In this document: piece by piece, positions 13,601 to 34,453 of the stretch
How the letters are laid out: each line of letters begins with the position of its first letter
Numbering within the stretch: the stretch's first letter is position 1
Source of the DNA: the human T2T-CHM13v2.0 reference genome, Homo sapiens
Direction: 5' to 3' (one strand)
DNA length: 64,000 bases
Assembly: GCF_009914755.1 (NCBI RefSeq)
Contig: NC_060940.1
The notes under the pieces: generated by a model
Databases searched by the model: none
What the model was told of the DNA's origin: nothing
The model's input: the letters and a program-made list of their open reading frames with translations, nothing else
Position numbers and translations under genes: made by a program

Positions 13601-14701
13601 TCCCTTCACACAAATGCCTCCGCTGGGGGCCCTGCAGGGAAGGGGCTGTCTGACCTAGAAAGGTCTAGAAGACAAGATGCCAGGCAGCTCCGGGCCTGGG
13701 ATGGGGGACATGGGGCCAGATCCTAGACGTGGAGTCTGAAGGCCCGGGAGCTCCAACTCCTCAAGGCGGGGCGGGTCCCACTGACTCCTCCCTGAATCTC
13801 CAATGCCCAGAGCAGGCAGGAGGCTGAGGGCAGCCCTGACTCTGCCTCTTACCCTCCATATGGCTTCAGGGAAGGTGCCGAATCTTGCTCACCTTTGCCT
13901 CCCTCATCTGTAAAATGGGCCTTGCCAGCTTCTCAGCCCCTCCCTGGGTGTGACAGGGTGGGAAAGGGCGTCACTGTCACCCTGACCCCTACCCCTCCTC
14001 TGGGCGGCTCTCAGCCCGGGGAAGCCCTTGGCAGGAGCTCTCGCTGGTACTCAGGTGGGAGCTCTTCTGGGGACTCCCCGGAAGATCCCGCAGCCTTCCT
14101 TACCCCCAGACACATACCCTTGCTGCTCCCAGAGCCTGGACAGGTCACTGTTGCCTGTGACTCAGTTTCCTCAGTTATGCAATGGAAGAATGAATAAGCT
14201 TGCCAAGTACCACCCCTTTCCTGGCTCTGACATTCTCGGATCCCCCTGCCTGTGAAGATTCCAGCAAGGCCCTTATAAGTCACGGTTGAAGTTTCAGAAG
14301 GCGGATGGAGTCCCTGTCTCTCCACCCCGGCCCTGCCTGGCTACGTCTCTGAACACCCCCCCCAGCCTCAGTCTCCCCAGCTGTGTTGTGGGTGGTCTGA
14401 ACAGATGAGTCACTCATAAATGCTTGCCCTGGGCCTCCTGGTGTCTGGCTCCTGAGCCGCAGTGGGCCAAGGCCATCTCGGCACACAGCTGACTGTGCCT
14501 GGCCAGGACCCCGCCAGGCACTGCCAAAAGCCCTCTCCACACACTTCTGGGGGCAGATGGAAGGATGAGGTGCACCTGGAGCCCCCCAGGCTGCCTGGGC
14601 ACCAGCCCCACCTGGGGACATACCTCAGGATAGAACAGGACAGCCATGTGGCTGGTGTGGAGTAGGCCGCATAAACCTCAGTGGGCCGCATAAGCCAAGG
14701 C

Positions 14702-14744
14702 CCACCTCCACCTCCACCTCCACCTCCACCCCCACCCCCACCCT
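14702..14744. repeat. (CCACCT)n/(CCACCC)n hexamer run
   Basis: About 7 units seen directly. Confidence 0.85.
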
Positions 14745-15163
14745 GCCAGGCTGTCCAACAATGCCCACGTCCACCCTCCTATCATAGCCTGGAGCCTCCC
14801 TGGGCCTCAGCCCTGCCAGAACATCCACAGAAAAATGAAGCGTATTCTTGCACTTCTGGATCACACCCTCTCCCTGAATGCCAAGCATACCTGTGTCAAC
14901 CCCCAGCCATGAAACCTCTGGTGACCAAGGGCCCACTCTGCTACCAGGGGCCAGAGGGGCACCTGAGCACCTGCTGCTCGTGACATCTGGAAGCTCCGGG
15001 GGTACAGGGCCAGGTGTCTGTTGCAAGGCCTTGCAGCCCAGATCAGGTACCCCAGAACACCCCGGAGATCAGCCCGCCTCACTGACAGGCCGGATCAGGT
15101 GCCCTCACCTGCGGCGCCTTGGGTCATCAGCCCCCCAGCCCACCTGCGTGCCGCAGCTCCTAC

Positions 15164-15246
15164 CCAAGCGAGGTGTCCAAGGTGAGGGAGGCCAGGGCGC
15201 TGGAGAAGAACCGCGTGTCCCACAGCTTCACTTCGCGCTCACGCAT
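15164..15246 (-). CDS. CORO7: Coronin-7 exon 9 (MREREVKLWDTRFFSSALASLTLDTSLG); gene continues left of the window
   Basis: ER..KLWD and LD.S.G coronin motifs; CTGCAG acceptor, GTAGGA donor; 83 nt. Confidence 0.95.
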
Positions 15247-15722
15247 CTGCAGGGAGGGCGAGAGAGGGGCTCAGAGGGGCCTGTCCCTCAGCCCCACCCG
15301 GGGGGCTCCCAGGGAAACCAGCGCCTGAGGGTGCAGCCTGACACGGGGCACCTGCCCCAGAGCAGGGCTTGGAGTGAGGGTGGGAGTCACCCCAGGGAAA
15401 GAGAATCTGGGTTTTCATGTTCTGCCCCTTTAAGAACCCTTAGGTGACAAAGGATGAGGGGCGGTTCCCTCTGTGTTCTCGGGTCCCTGTAGGGCCACTA
15501 TGGCTCCTGGGGTCAGGCTGAGCTATTACAAATGGAATCTGCCAGTTTTCAGCAGCCGTCAGTCCCCTGAGGCTCTGAGACCCGGCAGCACAGCCAGGCC
15601 GTATATGGACAGGCCTGGAACTGGCCCTCAGTCCCCCGCCTCCCATTGGTTTCGTCCCCGCCCAAAGGGCTGGACATGTCCCCACCTGGCCGTGCCCTGC
15701 TCCTCCAGGAGGAACCCCCTAC

Positions 15723-15809
15723 CTGGTTGAATCCAGTAGACACAAGGTGCTCCCAGGTGCCCATCCATGCCAGCCGGCTATCCCTGCTGTTCTCATGGGC
15801 CTGCGTGCT
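15723..15809 (-). CDS. CORO7: Coronin-7 exon 8 (STQAHENSRDSRLAWMGTWEHLVSTGFNQ)
   Basis: Coronin AH...TGF motif; CTGCAG acceptor, CAG|GTAGGG donor; 87 nt. Confidence 0.95.
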
Positions 15810-18306
15810 CTGCAGGAGGCAAGAGGTGGACCTGAGCCCCCAGGGCCCTGCTGGTGGGCGGGGCCCCCTGGAATGGGCCTGAGCTGGGGAACTTCTGCTG
15901 CCCACCTGCCTGAAAGCCTCACAGAGGGTGGGAAGGGCTGGGTCCTTCTCCACGTCCCCACTGGGACCAAGGGTGGTCTCCGAAGCACCCCGGGGATCAG
16001 CCCCGCCTCCGCCCCAGTTGAGGGCAGCTCTGCACCCAGAGGCCAACCTGGCTGCTCCTCCCGAGTGTCCCTCCTACCAAGGAGAGGGCTGCCTCACTCC
16101 CCAGCTCCAGGCCCCTTCCCTGCTGCGCCAGGGGCTAAAGGCACTGGCACTTTCTTGCCCCTAAGAGCTGTGTGATCCTGGGGATGTCACACTCTGTCAA
16201 TGCCTCATTTCTCTCGCTTGTGTAAGGGGCTCACGATGCGGTGCCACCCGCTTCCCAGGGCTGTCACCATGTGGAAGGGCAGGGCTTGTGGCAAAGCACC
16301 GTGTAAATTGGGGGATTTCGAGGATCACTGTGGCTGCCCCAGGCAAGAGGCAGGGCCTGGGACCCACCTCTGGGCAACGTCCAGAGAGCGCCAAGTAGTG
16401 CCTCTCCTGGCCCTCCCGAGGTGCTGGAGCTGCCAGCAGGAAGGCTCCCGGCCCCTGGGAGGAGAGGGAAGCTCACATGGTGGGTGGGGCCCTGTCCTCC
16501 TGGGCCCTGGCAGTGGGGAGCTGAGGGGGCCAGAGGAAATGCAAACAGCTCCTCCCAGTCACCCTGGCCCCTGGAGCCTGAGACGAAGGACCCTGTTACC
16601 AAAAATAGCTCACCCCAAACCATGGCCAGCTTCCTCCGAACTTCCCACGATCTCCTTGGGAATGAATGAGGGAGGGAAGCAGCCTGCGAGGAGCTGGCCT
16701 GGGGCCCCCTCCCCAGCCCGTGGAGGCTGACTCCAGCGTGGGAGACCATCGGAAACGGCTCCAGGTCCCGTCCTTCGAGGGGCTTTTCTCACTGTTCCCT
16801 TCCCACCAGGCTGTGGCCGGCACAGGAAGTTGGGGCTGGAGCCTGAGAACCAAGGCCCCACTGCCCTCTCTCCACGTAAGAGGGGATATCGGGTCAGGAC
16901 AAGGGTCGAGCCATTGGCCAGCCCTGCCCTCAACACCCGGAGAGGGTCACAGTGTCATTCAGGCTCCTGCCCTCTCGTTGGTGTTTGTTGTGCAAATATC
17001 TGCGTGTGTGCAGCCCACCAGGTGGCTCTTAGCTTGTCCAAAAGTCACTCATTCATTCAAGAAACACACAAGGCCTCCCAGGGGCCAGAACTGTGCTAGG
17101 AGCTGGCAGTGGGGCCGGATGGTTCTCAGATAGAGGGCAGGTGCTGGGGGGAAGCAGTGCCCCTCACTCATCTGTTCTCTCGTCATATGGGTATTTGAGC
17201 CACACACTATTCGAGATGACATGGTGAATAAAATGGGGAAAGTCCCTGTGCCCGTGGAATAAACACATCGGGGAGGTAGATGTAGGCCAAAGAGAAATCA
17301 GTGTGTCATTCCCTGTGACTATGCATGCCATGGGGGAGCCGCACGGTGTTAGGGGAGGAAGCTCTGGAGGTGGACCCAGGAGAGCCCCAGCCTGGCCACC
17401 TCCCTTGGTGGGTCAGTCACTAGCTCTGTGCCTCAGTTTCCATGTCTGTAAAAAGCACTGTAACAGAATTTACTTTTTTTTTTTAACCTTTCCTATGGTG
17501 CTGAAGGACCTACTTTTGAAGACGGCCACAAGGAGTAAGAGGGAACACTTGTAGAAGGCTCAGGATTGTGTCTGACACGTGTCAAGTGTGCATGTCTCAC
17601 AGGTGATAGCAGGGTACCGCCAGACTGTAAGTGAGGGAAGACCTAGCGTCATTCCTGCTAGGCTGGGAGGGTTGATAGGCGTGAGCCAGGTATGGGAACT
17701 GGCGTCTGCAAAGAGTTGGAAACTGGAAGCAGAGAGACCCGCTCAGCCAGCAGGTGGGGACGAGGGAGGTGGAGGCTGGGCCAAGCCTGCAGGGTCCCCC
17801 AGGGGCTGCCACTGAGCACTTTTCACCTAGGGGCACAGGCTAAGGCTAGGGGTGGGACGCCCTTGGCCTGTAGCTCCCACCTTCCTAATTCACATGTGGG
17901 AAGCCTAAAGGCACAGAGAGAGGAAGCCATGGTGCAAAGTGGCTTGGCCCCAGCTGTCTCCTCCACCTGCACAAGATGGACGTGAGGCTCAGAGTGGTGA
18001 TGAGGCTTGCACAAAGTCGCAGCTAGGAGGCAGCAGGGAAGGGAGGAGGAGCCGCCCAGGACCACAGCTGCCCCAGAAACGCTCTGCTTCCAGCAAACAT
18101 CCTGGGCCAGCTCTTGCTCCCTGGAGCATTCAGCCCAGCCTTCAGAGGTCCAGGTAAGAGCTTTGTCCGTGCCCAGCCACTCCCCAATGTGGGTACACCC
18201 AGCTCAGTGTGCCCAGAGACCACAGGAAGCCCCCAGGTGAGGGAGGGGGTCAGTGGCCCACCCCTTACCCTGTAACTCCTCATCAATGGAGTGATCACCA
18301 GTATCA

Positions 18307-18913
<607 letters not shown>

Positions 18914-20996
18914 TCAGCAAGCCTCAGAGAAGAGCCGTCTCCCCAGCTCCTCATTCTCCTGCATAGGGGGCAAGAACAGGGGCTGCAGCTGGGACCCAGG
19001 CATCCTGCTACCCTGCAGCCCCAAGAGGGCCCCCACCACCTAGCTCTGAGAATAGGAGGGGCTGTGGCAGGGCAGGAGCAGTGTCAGCCCCGCAGGGGGT
19101 GCAGGAGGGGAGGCGCGTGCCCGCCCCTTCATCACCATGGCGACACTTCCTGTGCAGGGCAGGATGGTTCCAGGAGCAGCCCTGGCTCCTTGCTGGGGTG
19201 AGGGGACCTGCTTCAATAGTAAGACCCCCCACTTACCCCCTTCCCTCCTCTGAGGTTCACCACCCCCCACTGGCCTGTCTGATGCACTGAGATTCCTAGA
19301 GGGCTCAATCCGGGGCCCCCTCCCGCCCAGACAAGGGTTCTGAGGCCTCGACACTCATTTGGGGCTGCCACTTTCCCAGAACAGCCTGGGCTCCAGGGCC
19401 TCACCCAGCCCCAGCTGGGCCGGTTGTAAAGGGAAGGGGCGGCAGTGGGGGTCCTGGGGGTTCTGCATCCAGAGGGGCGAGCCTGCCTCTGTCACCCTGA
19501 GGTGGGACCATGGAGAAGCCACAGAACCATCCGACTCTCGGGGTCTGCACCTCCGAGGAAGTGGAATATGCCAAGTGCCTGGCGCATAACAAAGGGTCAT
19601 ACATGCAGTATAAGAACCAAGCATGGGTGTGAGGAGGAGCCTCCCCAGGGTCCCCTGCTCAAAGCTCACGCCTGAGGCAGGGCTCCAACAAGACAGTGGA
19701 GGGCGGACTCCCTGGCCCACTCTGGGCTCCGGGATAGCACCAGGGCTCAGGTGGGGTGGGACCCACAGAGGACAGAGGTTGGATGGAGGGCAGGCGGCCC
19801 CGCTCCCTGACCCCCAGCCACACCCCACTAGGCAGGAAGGAGGATTGCCAGAGAAGGAGCTCCCAGAAGGCCTCTCCCTCGAGCCGGCCCCTCGGCTCAC
19901 ACCGGCCCTGGCTGCCAGCAGCGGTTTTCCTAATAGAAGCCAGGTGTGGGCCAGATGCCCTGGGCGGAAGTGGGGGGCAGGGCCACACGGAGAGCGGCAT
20001 TCCAGGCCTGCTGCCCCCGCACCAGGGCCCGAGCACAGGCCCCAGCCAGCAGCTGGAAGGGGTGGGAGCCACCCACGCTCTTCCCAGGTCTCCTCGCCCC
20101 AAAGCCCCGCAGGGGGGCTCCCTCCAGAACCAGATCCTCTCCCTCTCTCTTCGAGGAGCTGGGAGCCCCTTGGATAGCAGCCACTCTATCCCCACCTCGG
20201 CATCAGTCACCGCCCCAGCCCTGCTGGAAGAGGAGGGGAGAGGAGGAGGAAGGCTGGAAAGAGGGGGCGGAGGAGGGGAGAATAGGAAGAATCACGTGGG
20301 CCCAGTGAGCTGGCTCAGAGCCATGCCCGGTAGGTCGGGGGCAGAAGCATAGGTGCCCCAGCAGTGCCCTGGGCTCTGGAGAGGAGAGTGCAACCTGAGA
20401 AAGTGAAGGGGGCCGGGGGAAGCCTCCGTGGCACCTTCAAGCTGAGCCTGGGCCCCGCTTTCTGGGCAAAGGCTTGGAGGTCAAAGAAAGCTACCTAGTG
20501 AGGATACCGTACACACCCACACTGCCTTGAGATGCAGACAGCCACCATCTACCAGGCCCAGGTCCCACATGACGAAGAGGTCAGCCAGCCTCACCAGCAA
20601 GTACGACCAGGGTGTGGCCAAAACCACCCTGCCTGGCTAGTTTCACTGCTTAAATGGGAGTCCTCTCGGTCTTCAGCTGGACAAAAGTGGAACTGACTGT
20701 ACCGTTTGGACTAAAAAGTTGCAATCTTCCATGTGACTGGGTTTCTCTCCTGAGTCTTGTGTGTGTAGGGGGCTCTGGGGCTCCGGGCTACCACTAGTTT
20801 GGTTTGGGCTGGTGGTTTGCCCTTGACCCCGGGTGGGGAAAACGTCCTAGAAATGGGGAGGGGGTATCTATGATGGGCCTAGGTCTTTGCTGGGGAGCTC
20901 CTCTCCTGAGCTAACAGTAGGACCCTAAACTTCACCTTCCTCAGGGAATAAGCCTCCTCAGCTTCTAGAAAGTTCTTTTTAGAAATGTAAATCCAT

Positions 20997-21645
20997 GGCC
21001 AGGAGCGGTAGCTCACGTCTGTAATCCCAGCACTTTGGCAGGCCGAGGAGGGTGGATCACAAGGTCAGGAGTTCGAGACCAGCCTGACCAACATGGTGAA
21101 ACCCCGTCTCCACTAAAAATACAAAAAAATTAGCCGGGCATGGTGGCGGGCACCTGTAGTTCCAGCTACACAGGAGGCTGAGGCAGTAAAATCACTTGAG
21201 CCTAGGAGGCGGAGTTTCCAGCGAGCCGAGATTGCGCCACTGCCCTCCAGCCTGGGTGAAAGAGCAAGACTCCATCTCCCCACCCAAAAAAAGAAATGTA
21301 AATCTACTCATCGCACTTCCTGCTTAAAACTCCCTAATGGTGGCCGGACACGGTGGCTCAGGCCTGTAATCCCAGCACTTTAGGAGGCCAAGGCAGGAGG
21401 ATCACGAGGTCAGGAGATCGAGACCATCCTGGCTAACATGGTGAAACCCAGTCTCTACTAAAAATACAAAAACAAAAATAGCCGGGCGTGGTGGCGGTCG
21501 CCTGTAGTCCCAGCTACTCGGGAGGCTGAGGTGAGAGAATGGTGTGAACCCAGGAGGCGGAACTTGCAGTGAGCCGAGATCACAACGCTACACTCCAGCC
21601 TGGGCGACAGAGCGAGACTCCGTCTCAAAAAAAAAAAAAAAAAAA
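20997..21645 (+). mobile_element. Two adjacent Alus
   Basis: Alu consensus; TSDs AGAAATGTAAATC and AAAACTC(C/T)CTAATGG. Confidence 0.9.
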
Positions 21646-22466
21646 CTCTCTAATGGCTTCCCACAGCCCAGGTAACCATGGGCCCGTATCCCCCAGCGCC
21701 CCTCGCGCAGACCCCTCAGACAAGCCCGTCCTCCTTCAGGCCATCTATGTCTGCCCCCTTGGCATTACTCAGGCCTCTGCTCCCGGGCCAGTTACTCAGG
21801 GAAGCACTAAACCAGCCCAGCAAGAGAAGCCCCCAGCAACTACCTGCCTAGCACAGGCAATGTTTACGGAGCCAGACACAGGGCCCTGTCCCAGGGTTGT
21901 TGCTCCTGCCTACAAGGTCTCTGTAGGGCAAATGAACGGTGTCCCAGTGGCTGGATGCCTGCAGCATGAGCCAGGTCCCAGCTTCCCCGCTTGGAACTGA
22001 AATGGCCACGCACACTCCATGCACAGACACAAACCAGAACACGCTCAGTCCCTGGACCCTGTACGTTTTGACAGGTCCCACCCAGGGTCTTCCTGCAGAG
22101 GACAGGGGTTGTTTCTTTTTGGCTCCTCTGCAGCTGGTCTCTGCTGACCGTGCCAGGGTGAAGGTCTCAAAGGAAGGAAGTGGGAATCCCAGATCGCTGC
22201 CTGAAGCCACACGATGGCCTCCGTGGAGAGCCTGGGGGAAGCTTAGCTTCTGCCACCCGGTGATCAAAGCCAGGCCCTCCCAGGACCCACAACACACTTC
22301 ACAGGAAGAGCTCCCAGCAGTGGTGGTCCACCTCCTGGGGACCCCTGGTGCTGCAGAACATGTCTGCCAGGACCCCAGGCCTGCCCCTACCTCCACCTGC
22401 TAGAACCACTGGGTCCTCAGCCTCAGTGGAGGCTTCAACCCACCCCAGCTTGCCCACACAACTCAC

Positions 22467-22517
22467 CTGAGAGGCCCGCGGCTTTGTTCTGGGGTCAAAG
22501 ATCCGCAGCTGCTTGTC
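22467..22517 (-). CDS. CORO7: Coronin-7 exon 7 (DKQLRIFDPRTKPRASQ)
   Basis: Coronin (K)DK.LRI.DPR motif; TTCCAG acceptor, CAG|GTGAGT donor; 51 nt. Confidence 0.95.
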
Positions 22518-22723
22518 CTGGAAAAGCAGAGAGGAGGAAACAACTTGCGATTAGGGCTGGAGGGTCCCTGGAAGCCAGCCTGCTCCCCTCACCTCCCAAC
22601 CCCCAGCTCTGAGCAGCCCATCCCCAGCACGCAGGGCTGCCATCACACACCAGGGCATCCCTCCTCAGCCCTGTTCCTCCTCCTCAGCACAGCAGCAACC
22701 ACCACCCAGTCCCCCAGGTTTCT

Positions 22724-22788
22724 GTGAGGAGTGTTCAGCTGCCTGAGACCTACTCAGTGAGGAGTGTTCAGCTTCCTGAGACCTGCTC
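22724..22788. repeat. 33-bp tandem duplication
   Basis: GTGAGGAGTGTTCAGCT(G/T)CCTGAGACCT(A/G)CTC twice. Confidence 0.85.
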
Positions 22789-23152
22789 CACGTCAGGCAT
22801 CCCAGACACTCGACCCCTCCTACTCTTCCAACTACCCTATGAAGTGGTACTATCACCATGATCCCTCACAGACAGACAAACGGAGGTCCAGAACCAAACT
22901 CTAGGCTGTCAGCGCCCCACACATGCTCAGCCCTGTACTAGGCCCAGCCTGGAGAGGCTCATATGACGACCTCATTTCTGCACTTACAGAATTTAGCACT
23001 AACCAGGAAGACGAGCTTACACTTCCGAACCATCCATTCGGCAGTTATTGATTCAGATTATCCAAAGGGAGGATGGAAACAGACAAAAAGCAGAAAAAAA
23101 TGTACTGAAATAAAGCACTCATGCTTTGTATAGACCTTCTTTCTGTGGAACA

Positions 23153-23206
23153 ATGTGTGTGTGTGTGCATGCACACGTGTGTGTGTGTGTGTGTGTGTGT
23201 GTACAC
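23153..23206. repeat. Compound (TG)n alternating purine-pyrimidine tract
   Basis: About 54 bp of strict RY alternation. Confidence 0.9.
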
Positions 23207-23222
23207 AAACATTCATGCATAA

Positions 23223-28190
<4,968 letters not shown>

Positions 28191-28739
28191 CAACTAAAAC
28201 AACCCAAAAAGAAATGCAGGGGAAAACCAAGTGAATTCCCGCTCCATGTGCAGCCCCTCCCTGAGAGATGAGTAGCCTCCCTGCTACTACCAAGTTCCAG
28301 GCTAAGTGCTGGACTCTGGGGCCTGGAGGTTGTCACGGGAAACCGCGGGGAAGAACTTAGACCTGGTCATGGAAGGACAAACAGAGCTTGTGCTGGGAAG
28401 GCAAAGGCATTCGAGGAAGGTAAAATAGCATGAGCAAAGAGGTGGAGAAAGGAACTTGCTGGTGTGTGGCGTTGGGGGAGGAGAGGCCACGTGAGGAGGC
28501 AGATGGTGGGAACCAAGGGGGCCGTGGGCACACGCATGGCTGGCAGAGGCGGGGGCCTGTCTGGAGAGGGCCTCAAAAGCCAGGTCTCCCTGGTCTGCCT
28601 CAGCAGGGCCCTGGTTTTATGCCGCTCCTGGCAAAGCCCTGCCAGCTGCAGTTTACCAAGCACCTGCTGCGTGCCAGGCGGGCACCAGGTACAGTCCAGG
28701 GACTGGCTCTTAAAACTCCACTACTCCACACCTCGGATT

Positions 28740-28990
28740 CAGAGGGATGGCGAGGGACAGAGAGAGGAGGATGAGAGACAGAAGACAGAGACCAGAGAGA
28801 GAACAGCGAGGGACAGCAAGGGATGAGAGAGGACAGAGTGGGACAGAAACAGAGCACAATGACAGAGCGGGCCAGAGAGAGCAAGTAGAGATCAAGGACA
28901 GATACAGGGGACAGCAGGAGACAGGCAGGACACGAGCGACAGCAAGCGACAGAGGCTCTCAGGAGATGAAGGGCAGGACACGACATCCAG
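28740..28990. repeat. GA-rich low-complexity tract (GACAGA-like units)
   Basis: Strong purine skew with degenerate GACAG/GAGA repeats. Confidence 0.7.
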
Positions 28991-29101
28991 CAGTCAGGGC
29001 TGCTCCTGCCCCACAGAGGTGCAGAGACCGACAGCCCGAGTCCAGATGCCAACACCACCACTGACCAGCTATGACGTGGGCAAGCCCCCGAGCCCCCTAT
29101 G

Positions 29102-29740
<639 letters not shown>

Positions 29741-30034
29741 ACCCGCCCAGCCCTGTGAACTGTGAGGATGCGGACAGCGCCACCCCTGGGCAGGGCTGGG
29801 CGCTGGGGCTAAGGGCGGAACTCACAGCACACACTCCATGAGGGCAGCTGGGCCACCCTCATGGAGGAGCTTAACGCGGGGTCCAAACCAGGGTTCAGAG
29901 TGGGCACTGAGGCTGCTCTGGCTCAGCGGAGAGGAACTGGGCTGCAGAGGCCGCGTCCTCCCCGGCTCATCAGGCTCAACCATGCCGGGAGTCAGGAGCG
30001 CAGCAGGCCGGAATGGGCCATCCGTGAGGAGAGC

Positions 30035-30050
30035 GCGCCCCCTAGCGGCC
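30035..30050 (-). promoter_or_regulatory. Candidate CTCF site
   Basis: Minus strand reads GGCCGCTAGGGGGCGC, close to the CCASYAGRKGGCRS core, inside a CpG-rich patch. Confidence 0.65.
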
Positions 30051-32686
30051 TCCTGCCCCTTCTCTCCCAGCTCGGGAGGCCCCTTCACCCAGTGGGAGTA
30101 GCTGAGAGGGAGCAGGAGGGGGCTTTGGTGGTCCTGGGAGGCAGACCTGCTCACACAGAGGCAGGACAGGAGTGGAAGCCAGGGGCACGGAGGCTTCCCC
30201 GCCAGGAAGGAGATGGGGCGGGGGTGGGGGCACACTCTGGTGGAAAGTCCCATGACCCCCCACCCCCATCCCCATCAGGCAGCCCGTGGCATGAGCAGCT
30301 CCAGTGCATAAACCCAGAGCCAGGTGCGGCTGCAAAGAGGGGCTCACGCTCGCTCCTGGTGTGGGGTGGGCCCATCCAGCAGCTCCAGCCACAGCTCAGG
30401 ACAAGCCCTCGCTCTCTGCACACTCATGGGCATCACTGGCTGCCCTACCACAGTCAGGCCGCCCCCCACTCCCGGCTCCATACTGCCAGGGTTTCCAGTG
30501 TAGGATGCCCCCACCAGGACCCCGATGTACTCCCTTTACAGCAAAACAAGGTGGCAGCCGACCCAGGGCTGAGGTACCCATTGGCCCTAGACTGTGCTGA
30601 CAGGTGCGGCTTGGAGGCAATGCTGCGTCCCCGCAGGCGGAATTCCTAGGTCCAGGAACCAGGGAAGGAGGGGGAGTCGTTCCACTAAGCATCACTCCCA
30701 CGACCCACTTAGGAAATGTGTGCTTCTCGTCCCTGCAACTTTAAGCTCTGGGTTTAGCGGGGGAAAACACATCCACTGGGGAAGCAGCAGGAGCTCCTCC
30801 GTCTGTGACTCCTATGACTCTTCCTGCAAGACACCAGTAAGCAAGGAGAAGAGTGGCCAAGCCGGTGGCCCATGGGGCTGCTCACTGTCCTTCCCTACAC
30901 AACTGTGACAGTAAATAGGGCTCGGACCCCCAGGAGGAGGGCCTGGACCACCACACCTGTGACAGAGGGGCAGAGACAGTTTCTCAAAGAAAGATGTCAC
31001 GGTCCCAAGGCAGCCATCCCTGAGTCCTGCTGAGACTACCCAGGCCATCCCCTCTGCCTGGGACGCCCGTCCCCTCCTTCTCAGCCAGGGCTCATCCCTC
31101 AAGGACCGGCCTCGAGCTCACTCTGCCTGGGAAGCCGTCCCCAGCAGGGTTAGGTCAAAGCACGCATACCAGGTCTCCCCAGAAGGGGCTCCCTGGGGGC
31201 CTTATTGGCCCCCAGAGCTTAGGCCAGTCTCTCAGGACTCTCTGCTCAACGCACACCACAGAGGAAAAACTGATCAAGACTGGGAGATGCGGCTTCCACA
31301 AAAGCAGAGTACAGAAAAGAAAGTTAGACTAGGGTCCCTCCAAGTATGCAGAGCCCTGGGGCGGGATGCTCAGGTCTGGTAGGCCTCCCTGCCCTGCTAG
31401 CTCCTGTTCGGCTCCATTCCCAGGCCTCTCAGCCATTCTTCATGTGTCTTCAGGCTCGGCACACCTCCAGAAGGGCCCTGATGGGTGCCCTCATTCCCAG
31501 CAACCCCGACAGGTCTTCAGAGACCCTTGGTGGTACCCACGGCCGCCTCCCTGGGGAAGCCCTTTGGCCCTGGTTTCAGGCTCCAGCCTGGTCCTGGCTT
31601 TCCTCCTCCCACCTCCTCCCCTGCAGGCTCTTCTCATCCCCTCCTGGGGGCAGCACTATGTGGTCAGCAAATCAAACAAACGGGACCTTTTCACCTGCAG
31701 CCGGATTCTGCTCAGAGCCCCTCTGGGCCCAGACTCCACTGACACCTCCAGGTACCGCCGGCAGCTCAGCAAGGCTGCAGCCACCCTGGAGCGGCTCTGC
31801 CTAGAACATTCACACCAGGTGCTCCTCTAGCGCCCCCTCTCTGCCACAGCACATCCCCGTCCCAGTGACAGGCCTCTCCTACTGCCTCAGGACCGCCACG
31901 CCTCCCACCCAATCCTTCTCCAACACTTGGCTTCCTCCTCCCAAAGGTCTCCGCCACTCCCGGCAGAGAACAGCTCTCACCTCCCCGCAGGCTGCCACGC
32001 ATCCCCCTGTAGACACTGCCCCTCCTGCCACACACTGTCCATGTGGTTCCAAATGCGAATCCGCTCCCCTCACTGCACCACCTGCCCTACTCTGGCCTTT
32101 AACACTTCATTGCCTTCCCATTACCCCTACGGCAACAGGCACAACCCTTACTCACCACCCAGCACCCGCCTGCCCCGCACCTGCCTGTCCTGGCCCCGAT
32201 CCCTGCCTGAGGCCACGCGTCCCTGGCCTGTCCAACCAGCTCAAAGCACCATGTCCCTCTTGCAGAGCCCAGGTCACGGGTCCTCTTGTCTGTACTGTCC
32301 TCGACGGAAGTCACCTCCCCAGCAACTGGGGCCTGGCCCAGCACCTGCGGCCGAATGCTGCTTAACAAGAGTCTTGCAGAAAGGCTGGCGGTTCAGACAG
32401 ACCAGACAGGCGGCCAGAGGAGGCTGCCTGAGGGTGGCGACATTAGGGCGCAAACCAGGGACCAGCGTGGGCTCTCATCTGACAGGGGCCTAGGCAAGGT
32501 AGGGGCTTCCAGATGTAGGTGAGCGGGGGTGTGAGGAGCAGCTAGGGGGCAGGGCACACAGATGACCATCCTGACCTCAGTGCTCCACTGCCTCCTAAAC
32601 AACAAGCCTGGAAGGCCCAGCCCAGGGGGTCCCAGCCCAGGAGGCCTGCACAGAGCCCCACAGGGCATCCCCACCTGCCTGCTCAC

Positions 32687-32763
32687 CTTGCACGCCGTGC
32701 CCACCAGGGCTCCATCTCGGCTCCAGACGGCGCTCTGCACCAGGTCCCCATGGGCTGCCAGCT
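32687..32763 (-). CDS. CORO7: Coronin-7 exon 6 (ELAAHGDLVQSAVWSRDGALVGTACK)
   Basis: WD40 H-D..W..DG motif; CTGCAG acceptor, AAG|GTGAGC donor; 77 nt. Confidence 0.95.
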
Positions 32764-33184
32764 CTGCAGAGAAGCAGTCACAGTCAGGTCCTGGGCAGTG
32801 AGGGCACCAGGGAAGTGGGTGGGGGCGGGCCTTGCTGGGGGGAACTCCCAGAGCAAAGGCAGCAGCTACAAGGGTCCTTTTCAGCCAAGGGGGCAAGGGC
32901 AGCAGCTTCTCCCAGACAGGCTTCCCCTGCACCACAGGCTGCTTCCTTCACCCCACCTTTGTGCAGCCGTACATCACTCAACTACCTTCCGAGGCTTCCC
33001 GCTCCTGGCCTGGCTCTCTCATCCCTCCCAGGCTCACTTCCAACATAGCTCCCCACCAACAGGGTCACTCCTGCCCTAAGCCTCTATTCCTGCCATCTAT
33101 ACTCTCCCTCGCTAGTGTGAGGTCTTAAAATACTTCTCTACATTCTCTGCAACTCCTGTTCCAGGTTAAATTGTGCTCCCCTAA

Positions 33185-34453
<1,269 letters not shown>

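Noticed and set aside
20480-20960. CTA/TAG-rich, ORF-free unique stretches (also about 5900-6120 and 52800-52940) that look atypical
   Set aside because: No shared motif, periodicity or repeat found by eye; standing out as ORF-free selects for stop-rich sequence. Alignment to the reference would settle whether they are native.
29861-30649. 262-aa plus-strand ORF in CORO7 intron 6 (also the 246-aa ORF at 10695-11435)
   Set aside because: Pro/Gly/Arg-rich composition typical of GC-rich noncoding DNA; no recognisable motif or gene structure.
31193-31215. 9-bp perfect hairpin CTGGGGGCC-TTATT-GGCCCCCAG
   Set aside because: Expected by chance in 64 kb of GC-rich DNA; too short for a pre-miRNA.
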